Below are positions 1-8,425 of a stretch of 64,000 bases of DNA, in pieces. The notes beneath the pieces are model-generated. The model was not told where the DNA came from. It saw nothing but the letters and a program-made list of their open reading frames with translations, and made no database searches. The stretch is from positions 32,001 to 96,000 of IMG/VR virus record IMGVR_UViG_3300050821_003619. One strand, given 5' to 3'. The position numbers and the translations under genes are program-made. This DNA comes from a virus. The stretch's first letter is position 1. Every line of letters starts with the position of its first letter.

Positions 1-184
1 AACGTTTTGAGAGAGTTAAGAAGGCCTGCAAGCAAGCTGTGTACGCATGGGAGCAATGGGGCGCATGGCCCGACAATTGGCGTGTATGGGAATCTGCTCT
101 TGTAGATGCTAGCAATGCATACACGCGTGAGACTGGCGTATACGTTAACACTCCGTTATTAAGCAGATTGGAGGGTTTACTCTA

Positions 185-379
185 ATGCAGAAGTGCACAA
201 TCTGTAAGCAAGATATTGTCCTCGTGCCTAGTGCTGCTGAACGTGCCAAGCGTTACGGTGGCAAGGCTAGCGACTACACTAAGCTATTCACAGAGCATGC
301 GGCATGCGTGCTCAAGAAGCGTAATGATGAAACCCGTGCATTGATCGAGCGCACCAAAGGAGAATACGTCAATGGCTAA
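185..379 (+). CDS. hypothetical early protein
   Basis: ORF with GGAGG upstream and a CxxC near the N-terminus. Confidence 0.6.
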   Translation: MQKCTICKQDIVLVPSAAERAKRYGGKASDYTKLFTEHAACVLKKRNDETRALIERTKGEYVNG

Positions 380-719
380 ATTGAAAGCTACACCAAAGAA
401 CTATGCCGAAGCTGCTGAGGTTCTCGCAGGATGTGACAGCATTCGCCTAGGCAATAACACGTACCTTGAACGCGATATCATGAACAATATTACTGTGCGT
501 CTGCACAGTACAGACATTGTGGTGTTTCACAAAGAAGGCAAGACCACTCTGCACACTGGTGGATATCGTACGGTCACTACAAAAGAGAGATTAAACCAGT
601 TCATCAAGGGCCGTGTATACCAGAAGGATCATAACTGGTATTATGTTGTGAACCGTGGTGAGCTTGGCATCGATTGGAGCAAGCCTATTGACTTTGAAGA
701 AGGCATGGAGGTGCAATAG
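372..719 (+). CDS. conserved phage hypothetical protein
   Basis: AGGAG RBS; LHxTxI...TGGYxTxTTKxRLN...VYQK..WY pattern I recognise from phage early genes. Confidence 0.65.
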   Translation: MAKLKATPKNYAEAAEVLAGCDSIRLGNNTYLERDIMNNITVRLHSTDIVVFHKEGKTTLHTGGYRTVTTKERLNQFIKGRVYQKDHNWYYVVNRGELGIDWSKPIDFEEGMEVQ

Positions 720-723
720 CGCC

Positions 724-930
724 ATGCACAAGTCTGCATATGACTTTCGCATCGAAGACCACGGCACGATCTTCCTGCTATGCCCAATAACGCCCAAGGC
801 AGAGGCGTGGATTAGTGAGCATATACCCGAGGACGCGCAGCGTATGGGTACGGCAGTGGCAGTAGAGCACAGATATATCGAGGACATCGCTGCCGGTATC
901 CTTGAGGATGGCTTAAACTTCTATCTGTAG
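724..930 (+). CDS. hypothetical protein
   Basis: ATG at 724 after GGAGG; in frame with track ORF 655..930. Confidence 0.6.
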   Translation: MHKSAYDFRIEDHGTIFLLCPITPKAEAWISEHIPEDAQRMGTAVAVEHRYIEDIAAGILEDGLNFYL

Positions 931-1028
931 GAGGCACGTATGCACCACGCTCTAGCCTTATTGCAGCTATGGGTTCTGCTGTGCATAGCTGTTAGTCAGT
1001 TCGTGCAAACCACTACTGAGGTGAACTA

Positions 1029-1304
1029 ATGACGCCGGAAATGTTCGCAATGAATCTTGTAGGTACATCCAATACAGTCACAGCGCAAACCATGCGGGGC
1101 ATTGTTGTGGATGCCATCAAGCAATGGGACGCACAGAAAGCCGCAAACTGGCATGGCTGCTGTAATGCTGCTGGACGCTTGGCCGACTTGGTTTGCAATA
1201 TGTATCATCCCAAGGATGCAAAGGCACGCAAGACTTGGCCCACTGCTACATGGGCAGAGATTATTGCTAGTGAACTTGGCATAGAAGTACCGGAGACAGA
1301 CTAA
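1029..1304 (+). CDS. hypothetical protein
   Basis: GAGGTG RBS; co-oriented ORF. Confidence 0.6.
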   Translation: MTPEMFAMNLVGTSNTVTAQTMRGIVVDAIKQWDAQKAANWHGCCNAAGRLADLVCNMYHPKDAKARKTWPTATWAEIIASELGIEVPETD

Positions 1305-1469
1305 TGACTAGGTATGACGTGGCAAGATACGAGAATGCCCTGCAAGATATCCTTGACCAATTCATGGGTATAGCAGAGCAAGACCTGACTGTACTGGAGA
1401 AGCGTATTCGGCGCATCGCTGAAAGCACTCTTAGTTCTATCACTAAAGCACAAAGGAGCAGACAATAGC

Positions 1470-1724
1470 ATGCCCACCACGATTAACATCAAGCCTGATT
1501 ACAAGGCCATCCATGCTCGATTCAAAGAGGATGCTGTGCGAACCCTTGAAAGCTTTGCAAGCAAGGGCAGCAAGACTCTCACGCGTTCTGAGGTATACAG
1601 CTTTGTGGCAAGCCTCAGAGTCGCATTGGATACTATCACTGATGTAAGTGAACTTGAACAGTTGCGTTATGATTACGCCGAAGCCGCCAACAAAGTGTTC
1701 GAACGAGTACAGGAGGAGTACTAA
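1470..1724 (+). CDS. hypothetical protein
   Basis: AAGGAG RBS; co-oriented ORF. Confidence 0.6.
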   Translation: MPTTINIKPDYKAIHARFKEDAVRTLESFASKGSKTLTRSEVYSFVASLRVALDTITDVSELEQLRYDYAEAANKVFERVQEEY

Positions 1725-2069
1725 TGACTAATCGCGCACGTAAAGCCGCACGCAAACGCTTCCGTAAACTGGCACGCAATGAATATCCACTGACGCCTGA
1801 AGTCCTAGCAGTGTATTGAGTAATGGGGACTACCTGAGTGTGCAAACACAAAAAGGCTTCCCTAAAGAGTATCCCGAGCATAGACCGCATTACGAATAGG
1901 AGATTACGATGTGGATGAGCCAGTTCAATGATTTCGTACACGGGGACCTTGAACAGTTGCATGCGCTGCTTGAAGAAGAGTGTACGTTAGATGAACTTCG
2001 CGCAGCCCTGCAGAACGTTGTGTTCAAGCTGTTGTATCTCACAAAACAACTCAAGAGTAAGTAGGTAGG

Positions 2070-2160
2070 ACGCAAGGATTAAACGGTGCCTTGCGTGAGT
2101 CATCGGGCCGCACTAAGTGCGCTAGGTTGGGCCAACGTCCGATGACTCATGGAGGGCACC
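2070..2160 (+). promoter_or_regulatory. structured leader element, copy A (alternative anti-SD and anti-anti-SD stems)
   Basis: ACGCAAGG/CCTTGCGT stem (2070-2096) competes with GGTGCCTT/AGGGCACC pairing over the RBS; 11-bp TGAGTCATCGG/CCGATGACTCA stem with two small inner hairpins. Confidence 0.65.
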
Positions 2161-2352
2161 ATGCTTAATCAAGCTTATGACGTTGTTGGCAAAATCATGG
2201 AACACGAGGATGGAGTGCTTGACCAAGAAGAGACATTAGAGCTATTCCAGCATCTGGTAGACACCGGCATGGCTTGGCAGCTACAGGGTTCTTACGGTCG
2301 TATTGCTGTGGCTCTGATTCGTGCTGGTTATATCAAGCGAGGTACACGCTAA
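2161..2352 (+). CDS. conserved phage hypothetical protein
   Basis: GGAGG RBS then ATG 2161; LFQxLVDTGxAWxLQGxYGR motif. Confidence 0.7.
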   Translation: MLNQAYDVVGKIMEHEDGVLDQEETLELFQHLVDTGMAWQLQGSYGRIAVALIRAGYIKRGTR

Positions 2353-2440
2353 TGATATGGAGAATAGTGTGCGCGTTGTGGATATACGAGTTCTTCGTAA
2401 AACCCTTGTTCGAACGCTATAAACAGGAGAACAATACAAA

Positions 2441-2698
2441 ATGACAATCAAAGAAGCTGCACAGATGGCACTCGATGTTCAGGACGCTTGTAACCTATCT
2501 GGCGTGGTGCATAGCTTTGCTGAGGTAGTCACTGCTTTGCGTAACTCTCCTGAGTGTACAGGTACAGACTGGGTGAATGAGCACCCTATCGTTACTCTGT
2601 TCCTTGACAAGCTATCTTCGTTGAACAACTACACCAGCACGCTAGGCTACATAGCAGCGTACGAAAAAGTTGAGAAGCTGGCTAAAGGAGAACAATAA
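2441..2698 (+). CDS. hypothetical protein
   Basis: AGGAG RBS; AxxALxVQDACNLSGVVHSF motif. Confidence 0.65.
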   Translation: MTIKEAAQMALDVQDACNLSGVVHSFAEVVTALRNSPECTGTDWVNEHPIVTLFLDKLSSLNNYTSTLGYIAAYEKVEKLAKGEQ

Positions 2699-2699
2699 A

Positions 2700-3047
2700 A
2701 TGGGCAGGCCTCGCGGACTACGCAAGGGACCAGATGGTAAGTGGTATATGCCACAAGGAGGAAACAATGCATCGAAAGATAGCAATACTGGCAATGACAC
2801 TGTGCATAGGGTGGCTGCTGCTCCAGTTGTTAATACTGATCCTCAGCCTAGTGTACGGAGTAAGCGTACAGTAAGCATGGATTGGCAGCGCAATGATATA
2901 GTGACTGCCGAGGATGGTGCCGAGCGTAAAACAGCCTTGGTGCTGGGATGGAATGGCAGCAAGATCGTGGTGCAACTGTTGGATGGTGTAACACGCTTGA
3001 CGTTGGATGAGTCTCGCGTGCATTCTATCGGTGAGGTGGGAGTGTGA
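2700..3047 (+). CDS. hypothetical protein (possibly two genes)
   Basis: AAGGAG RBS then ATG 2700; low-complexity middle overlaps another ORF. Confidence 0.45.
   Translation: MGRPRGLRKGPDGKWYMPQGGNNASKDSNTGNDTVHRVAAAPVVNTDPQPSVRSKRTVSMDWQRNDIVTAEDGAERKTALVLGWNGSKIVVQLLDGVTRLTLDESRVHSIGEVGV
2767..2874 (+). CDS. 35-aa single-pass membrane peptide, overprinted
   Basis: AAGGAGG RBS; MHRKIAILAMTLCIGWLLLQLLILILSLVYGVSVQ. Confidence 0.5.
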   Translation: MHRKIAILAMTLCIGWLLLQLLILILSLVYGVSVQ

Positions 3048-3132
3048 CTGAGAAGCTAGCTATACGAGTGCTGTTCACATTCAACGTATTACTTGCTGTA
3101 TACATCTGCGTAATTAACTTGTGGAGGTACTA

Positions 3133-3417
3133 ATGGAATATAAGGACATGTACATGGAGCCCAGAGATCGATACGCGTTGCAGCTTGCACGTCAAAACTC
3201 TGGCTTGCCATGCTCAGATTGCGGTTCACATAAAGGTCACTTCTACTTCTGCACAGCATTGACTGGGTATTGGAACGCTGAGGTTTCACAGTCAGAAGAA
3301 GTAAGCATGGAAGATGTGCTTGGCAAGGCTAAGCCATACATGCAAGATGAGAACGCTGTGCCTGAGTTTGATGTGGCAGATACACGCTGGCTGAAAGCTA
3401 TGGGAGTCCTACTGTGA
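3133..3417 (+). CDS. hypothetical Zn-knuckle protein
   Basis: GGAGG RBS; CxxCxxxxxHxxxC. Confidence 0.55.
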   Translation: MEYKDMYMEPRDRYALQLARQNSGLPCSDCGSHKGHFYFCTALTGYWNAEVSQSEEVSMEDVLGKAKPYMQDENAVPEFDVADTRWLKAMGVLL

Positions 3418-3809
3418 GAAAGAAGGAAGCCCGTAAAGGACTGTGCTTCTATTGTGGCAAGCCAGCCAACACTGCAGATCATGTTATCCCACGAAGTATT
3501 GTAGGTTTCATGGAAGTAGAAGATACCTATCAAAACTATGTGGGAGCATGCCACTACTGCAACACAGACAAAGCCCAGATGACTATGGAAGAGTACAGAA
3601 CCTACAGAACGGTTCGTCATTTGTTAGCTATGTCCCCTGCAGTCTGCGTATCTAATATAGTTAGCCTTGTGATTGACCATAAGTTCTACGGGGAAATGCA
3701 CCCAGAGACACAAGGCAAGCAATACGAAACGTTGGTAAAGGAACATCTTGTAGTGGCACAACAGCGACCATCATCTTTGCAGTTCATTAAAAGGGGAAAC
3801 AACACTTAA
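3414..3809 (+). CDS. HNH endonuclease
   Basis: CFYCG...TADHVIPRS...NYVGACHYCNxxK. Confidence 0.85.
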   Translation: MRKKEARKGLCFYCGKPANTADHVIPRSIVGFMEVEDTYQNYVGACHYCNTDKAQMTMEEYRTYRTVRHLLAMSPAVCVSNIVSLVIDHKFYGEMHPETQGKQYETLVKEHLVVAQQRPSSLQFIKRGNNT

Positions 3810-3811
3810 AC

Positions 3812-4711
3812 ATGAAGCGCACACTTCTTCTACTCAGCTTCGTCTTTGCTCTATTCACTCTGCCTGCTTCAGCTTGGAACTGCCCTACCGGTCAGATACG
3901 ACAGCAAGCACCAGCAGGCACACCGACCACCACGCCTTACTATGACGTGGTAGAAGGGATAGCATTTATTTGCGTACCAGCGACACCGATAACTCCAACA
4001 CCGAAAGACCCAAACTCGTCCGCAAGTTCAAACTCGAATGCGGCTGCATCGTCAAACAGTACAGCGACGGCAGTTTCGAACACATCCTCTATCCAAAGCC
4101 AAGGGCAGAAGCAGAGCCAAGGCCAGAACCAAACAGCTAACGGAGGGAACGCTACAGCAAGCAATAGTAATGCTAACAACGGTAATAACCTAAGCACTGC
4201 ATATAGCAGCACATACAATCAAGTGCGACAGGCACCTATGGCGTATGCTCCTGAGGTATTTAGTACGGCTGCATGCCGCGTGGGAGCTTCGGCAGGCGTA
4301 TCTGCTCCTATCGGTGGCATTAGTTTAGGTGGATCAAAGAAGGACAAGGACTGTGAGCGTGCTATCCTTGCCAGTCAATTCATTGCCCGAGGCAACTTGG
4401 TTGCTGGGTGCAAACTGCTCATGCACGTAGGTGTAGTGAAGGAGGCTCTTTCATTCGATGAGTGTATGATTGCTGTGCAGTCTAAGCCCGTGGTTATCGA
4501 GGCTCCAGTTGCACCTGTTATGCCTACAATCACTGTGAATGTGCCTGCACCAGTCATTACGCCTGTAGTGACCGTGGATAGGCAGGTAGTGGCTGAGAAG
4601 CCTACAGTGGTTACAGTTATAGTTCCCAAACCAAAGAAGCACGTATCGCATACGTGCCCGGTGACCGTTGAGCATGGAGTGAAAGTCATTCACGAAAAAG
4701 GAGAGAAGTAA
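3812..4711 (+). CDS. secreted protein with Ser/Asn/Gln-rich linker and Cys-paired domain
   Basis: Sec signal ending ASA; CRVGASAGV...GISLGG...DxDCER; Pro/Val-rich tail. Confidence 0.7.
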   Translation: MKRTLLLLSFVFALFTLPASAWNCPTGQIRQQAPAGTPTTTPYYDVVEGIAFICVPATPITPTPKDPNSSASSNSNAAASSNSTATAVSNTSSIQSQGQKQSQGQNQTANGGNATASNSNANNGNNLSTAYSSTYNQVRQAPMAYAPEVFSTAACRVGASAGVSAPIGGISLGGSKKDKDCERAILASQFIARGNLVAGCKLLMHVGVVKEALSFDECMIAVQSKPVVIEAPVAPVMPTITVNVPAPVITPVVTVDRQVVAEKPTVVTVIVPKPKKHVSHTCPVTVEHGVKVIHEKGEK

Positions 4712-4713
4712 AC

Positions 4714-5166
4714 ATGTGCCTAAACAACATTACGAAACGATATGAACCGGCTGATCCAAAGGTTCGCAAAGCATGGAAGTATGTTAAAGTAGAAAGTGAT
4801 GGGACATTCGTGTCTATATTTCAAGGTTACTTTTATAGCACAGAGTGGAAAAAGTCGTATTGCAATTACACGATTAGTTGTACTAACGATAAGGCTAAAT
4901 CACACCATATGAGAGAGCAGTATATTCCCGGATTTCATGTGTTTCCTACTAGAGAGGAAGCACGTAAAGCAAAGAGTCTTATCGATAACAACGATGGTGG
5001 TTCCTTTTCTCATGCAGAAGGTATAAGGCTGGCACAGGTTGAAGTGCGAGGTGTTACTGTGGAAGGCACGGACGCAACCTCTAGTGAAAGTTCATACCTT
5101 GATGCCAATATTAAAACCTTGGTTGCTAAAGAGATGCGTATCATCAAGATTGTGAAGAAAGGATAA
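4714..5166 (+). CDS. hypothetical protein
   Basis: AGGAG RBS; YxPGFHVF motif. Confidence 0.6.
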   Translation: MCLNNITKRYEPADPKVRKAWKYVKVESDGTFVSIFQGYFYSTEWKKSYCNYTISCTNDKAKSHHMREQYIPGFHVFPTREEARKAKSLIDNNDGGSFSHAEGIRLAQVEVRGVTVEGTDATSSESSYLDANIKTLVAKEMRIIKIVKKG

Positions 5167-5169
5167 CTA

Positions 5170-5730
5170 ATGAAAAAGCTTAAAAAGAATACAATCAAAT
5201 TGCTGCGTAAGATTCAACAGCAGATCATGGCAGAACCCAAGCGGATAGATATGCATGATTTTGTTGAGGTGTTCGCACCTGAAGTCAAAATCAACTTGCA
5301 AGGGACCGAAGGTTCTCCCGAAGGTTTGCCTATTCCACCTTGTGGGACTCAGGCATGCGTTGCAGGTTGGGCTTGCCTGATTGGTGACCCCAATCTTGAA
5401 AAAGAATTAAAAAGAGTTCTAGTTGAAGATTCTATAACTTTCGTTAATGAACGTCACTTGGCCCTAGAGGAAACCATCCAAGACAAAGCTGTAAAGATTT
5501 TGGGAATCACTGAAGCACAAGGTGTACGCTTGTTCTTCTTCAAGGACTGGGGAAACTTCGAGGAAGACGAGTTTGGATACACGTTACACGATAAGAACTT
5601 TGAGCCCATTGAAGCAGGATGGCCCGAGAAGTTTTCGAAGCGTTACGAAAAATCTAAGACAGCTAAAGGCCGCGCCAAAGCAACATTTGATCGTATCGAG
5701 CACTTTATCGCTACGAATGGCGCTGAGTAA
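5170..5730 (+). CDS. hypothetical protein
   Basis: CGTQACVAGWA motif common in phage early proteins. Confidence 0.65.
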   Translation: MKKLKKNTIKLLRKIQQQIMAEPKRIDMHDFVEVFAPEVKINLQGTEGSPEGLPIPPCGTQACVAGWACLIGDPNLEKELKRVLVEDSITFVNERHLALEETIQDKAVKILGITEAQGVRLFFFKDWGNFEEDEFGYTLHDKNFEPIEAGWPEKFSKRYEKSKTAKGRAKATFDRIEHFIATNGAE

Positions 5731-5736
5731 TTACTA

Positions 5737-5840
5737 GCGCAGGATGTGGTGTCCTGCGTACGTCACAGCGAATAAGTATGCTTGCCGACCTAGGCGGCGA
5801 TACCGAGCAGAAGAAGTAACTGTGACGCATGGAGGACACC
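5737..5840 (+). promoter_or_regulatory. structured leader element, copy B; possible internal promoter
   Basis: GCGCAGGA/TCCTGCGT stem competes with GGTGTCCT/AGGACACC; CGTCACAG/CTGTGACG stem; CTGCGT-17-TATGCT inside. Confidence 0.65.
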
Positions 5841-5841
5841 A

Positions 5842-6131
5842 ATGAGACCACGCTACAAACCGCAGCCCGTCGATATTGCATGGGCCAGACAAGTGCTGGC
5901 TACTGTAGCCGATGGCGGGACAGTTGTTTACCCGAGAACCAATATGCACTATATGGTGTCTCACTCACCTTTAACAAAATGATCTTGCTCAACACAAACA
6001 TACTCGATGAACGCTTTGACAGCTTCGTAATACACTGTCAGACCATCGATACGTTTAAGGTCCTAGGCTACAAGGTGCTACCTGACCTTGATGATGACAC
6101 TAACGGAGAAGGAGGGCTGAAGACTCAATGA
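5842..6131 (+). pseudogene. probable frameshifted gene
   Basis: RBS and ATG 5842 give 46 aa ending at TGA 5980-5982; a plausible continuation (NKMILL...FKVLGYKV) lies in the -1 frame. Confidence 0.5.
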
Positions 6132-6370
6132 CTAAATATAGATCGTTAACAGAGATAGCCGTTGAGATACTGAACGACTGGAAGGAACCATACTTCGGTG
6201 CCGTGCCGTATATCTTAGCTATGATCCAATTAGATAGTATCGATGAGAACTTCGGCGCTGACTCTGGCTTAAGCATAGTGCTTTATTTTCTTTCCAACGC
6301 TAACACTTGGAAGGGTGAGACAGCACGTAGGATCAAAGCCGAGCTACGGGACATGGTGAAGGGTAAGTGA
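6128..6370 (+). CDS. conserved phage hypothetical protein
   Basis: YFGAVPY..AM..L.SI....GADS..SIVLYFLSNA.TW.GE.ARRIK.EL. Confidence 0.75.
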   Translation: MTKYRSLTEIAVEILNDWKEPYFGAVPYILAMIQLDSIDENFGADSGLSIVLYFLSNANTWKGETARRIKAELRDMVKGK

Positions 6371-6395
6371 CTATGGTACCTAATCCTAATGTCTA

Positions 6396-6451
6396 GTAAC
6401 GTTACGTCACCTGTTACCGGGGTCATGTTACGTTACCATGACCGGCGTTAC
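6396..6451. repeat. cluster of GTTAC-like pentamers (candidate operator)
   Basis: GTAAC, GTTAC, GTCAC, GTTAC, GTCAT, GTTAC, GTTAC, GTTAC within 56 bp, abutting a -35 box. Confidence 0.6.
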
Positions 6452-6480
6452 TTGCGTGGCTCTGCCTCTGCCTGTAGAAT
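6452..6480 (+). promoter_or_regulatory. sigma70-like promoter
   Basis: TTGCGT-17 bp-TAGAAT. Confidence 0.6.
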
Positions 6481-6523
6481 GTGTATGTAGGCTGAGGTTA
6501 AGGCCACACAAGGAGAGTCACAC

Positions 6524-6706
6524 ATGTTGCTAGACGTTGAACAGATAACGGTTTCGTTGGTGGGAGACACTTCGCGCACGCTGAACACGTACGCTCACGG
6601 CACCAACCAAACGTTGCAGGATGTGGTTAACGAGGCTCTGGCTGATTGGGCCGACACCGTTGCTGCGGCACGGCTGGAGTCCTTCAGCATACACCGTATT
6701 AAATAA
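6524..6706 (+). CDS. ribbon-helix-helix (CopG/Arc-like) regulator
   Basis: ITVSL strand followed by two helices ending LQDVVNEALADW; AAGGAG RBS. Confidence 0.55.
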   Translation: MLLDVEQITVSLVGDTSRTLNTYAHGTNQTLQDVVNEALADWADTVAAARLESFSIHRIK

Positions 6707-6777
6707 GTTAACATTCAGGTTCCGTGGTAGGTCCTGAATTTCTCCTATCTGATTGATTCTAAAGGTAACTTCTGTTG

Positions 6778-6806
6778 TTGACTTGGTAACCCATCCATGG
6801 TAGCAT
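6778..6806 (+). promoter_or_regulatory. sigma70-like promoter with extended -10
   Basis: TTGACT-17 bp-TAGCAT with TGn; GGTAAC at 6764 and 6785. Confidence 0.6.
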
Positions 6807-6857
6807 GGTCTTGTTGCTGGTACCGCCTAAGGTGCCATTGCACAAGGAGAAACTACC

Positions 6858-7673
6858 ATGCCGCGAGGTCAATACGTACGTAAGACTCGTATCCAACCCA
6901 CAGTTGTCGAGCAGCCAGTAGAAACTGATTTGCTGGTAGCTGATACCGATGACGTAAACGATCTAGTACCCGCTGAGGCATTCGTTAGTATGCCGGGGTG
7001 GGACAAACTAGATGAAACTGAACAGAGCACTGTGCTTTCTGAAGGTCATGGTCTAGCCCATGAGTTACTTGTTCATGGGACAAGCCGCATGGCGATTGGA
7101 GCACATCTCTACAAGCTTCGAAACGTGCTCACACCTCATGGTCTGTACGGTCGCTTCTTGAAGTATTTCCACTTCAGCAAGCGTACAGCAGACCGATATG
7201 TTGCAGGTTATGAGAACGCCAACAAGCTTTTGCCCGAGCCTATTGTGCGAGCAGCGATGGCACGAGGCATTAACATCATTGGAGACACAGCAATGAAGCC
7301 GCTAGGTATCTATACCGGTGCGGTTAAGAAGCTGCCGCCACCCAAGAACCCGGATACTGTCCAAGCCAATACGTGGTTGAATCAGATCGAGCAGGTACGC
7401 AAGGATGAGCGCCAAGCGGCACCTGCCGGGATCATATCTATAGAGCCTATCGATGCACAGATGGCCCTGAAGGAATGCTTCAGGTTCATCAACACTCGAT
7501 ACAAGAGGCTCCCCAACAACAGCAAGACGCGCAGTGCATTTGTGCGTAGCTTAGTTGGTATGATTCTGAGTGAGCTTGGGGTAGCTGGCCCACAGACCTT
7601 CACACCGACAGCGGTGCCTGAGGATTTCCGAGCGCAACGAGGCAGGCCTCGGGAGCAAGCAGCCATAGCCTAA
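6858..7673 (+). CDS. DUF3102-like DNA-binding protein
   Basis: IGxxLxxxRxxLxxHGxYxxFL...FSxRTAxRY. Confidence 0.6.
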   Translation: MPRGQYVRKTRIQPTVVEQPVETDLLVADTDDVNDLVPAEAFVSMPGWDKLDETEQSTVLSEGHGLAHELLVHGTSRMAIGAHLYKLRNVLTPHGLYGRFLKYFHFSKRTADRYVAGYENANKLLPEPIVRAAMARGINIIGDTAMKPLGIYTGAVKKLPPPKNPDTVQANTWLNQIEQVRKDERQAAPAGIISIEPIDAQMALKECFRFINTRYKRLPNNSKTRSAFVRSLVGMILSELGVAGPQTFTPTAVPEDFRAQRGRPREQAAIA

Positions 7674-7739
7674 TCTCTAAAGCCAAGTTGGAGGACTGCA
7701 ACCACAGTCCTCCTTTACTTGCGCCTGAAAGGAGAGCAT

Positions 7740-7922
7740 ATGTCGAAGGACGAAGTAGTCACTGCTGCTCAACTCTATGGTGAGCACCATGACAACTGTC
7801 CCATCTGCAAAAAGAACAGCATAAGTCTTTGCAAGGAAGGCCGTATACTCATGGAAAACTTCTATGCGACCTTGCAAAACACGCTGAATAAGGGTTCGCC
7901 CAGAAAGGAGAACCACAAATGA
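7740..7922 (+). CDS. small Cys/His protein
   Basis: AGGAG RBS; HxxxCxxC...LCxEG. Confidence 0.5.
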   Translation: MSKDEVVTAAQLYGEHHDNCPICKKNSISLCKEGRILMENFYATLQNTLNKGSPRKENHK

Positions 7923-8113
7923 ACATTCCTCCTCTGCCTAATGGAAAGGAGATCATCAAAAAGCGTATTCACAATTTGACAGGTACCATGACTAACATTC
8001 TCGGCTACCTTGAATTAGAAGAATACGAAAAGGTTGTCAAGTGGGTGAAAGAAGCCGTAAAGGAGCTTGACCAGTTAGCGAAGGCCATTGAAGTTCACAT
8101 CATCAAGCACTGA
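7919..8113 (+). CDS. stand-alone HisKA/Spo0B-helical-hairpin-like miniprotein
   Basis: RIHNLTGTMTNILGYLELEEYEKVVKWV resembles the H-box helix pattern HxLxxxLxxIxGYLEL. Confidence 0.45.
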   Translation: MNIPPLPNGKEIIKKRIHNLTGTMTNILGYLELEEYEKVVKWVKEAVKELDQLAKAIEVHIIKH

Positions 8114-8119
8114 AGGAGA

Positions 8120-8425
8120 CTTTCTGTGAACCCCAAGCACAGATTGACTGATTCATCAGTCTAACCTTGTATAGATGTTTATTAGCGATTCTGCTATACA
8201 AGGATTCCACCCCCGCTCAGAATCCTAACCATACCATTTGCCGAATGCAGACTACGGGCAAATGTTAATGGCTATATTCTCTGTAACCACACAGATGTCT
8301 GTTGAATTAAATAACCGCAGTAGAAAGTGGGCCATGTGGTAAGCAAAAGTAATTCCCAGTCAGTTCGTCTCGCATAGAGCGCGAGTTTGACCCTTTGGTT
8401 AGGCAATCAAACTCGCGCTTTATTG
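8120..8425 (+). ncRNA. candidate structured noncoding RNA
   Basis: at least six consecutive stems, ending in a 13-bp stem plus TTATT; no long ORF. Confidence 0.45.
8375..8424 (+). terminator. intrinsic terminator-like hairpin
   Basis: AGCGCGAGTTTGA/TCAAACTCGCGCT followed by TTATT. Confidence 0.55.

Noticed and set aside
3068-3131. fourth copy of the leader switch
   Set aside because: Only weak G-U-rich pairing to the RBS, without the TGCGT core; the similar partial match at 10386-10441 lies in coding sequence
8160-8340. mini CRISPR array
   Set aside because: The units share only TAACC and a hairpin shape; there is no conserved repeat
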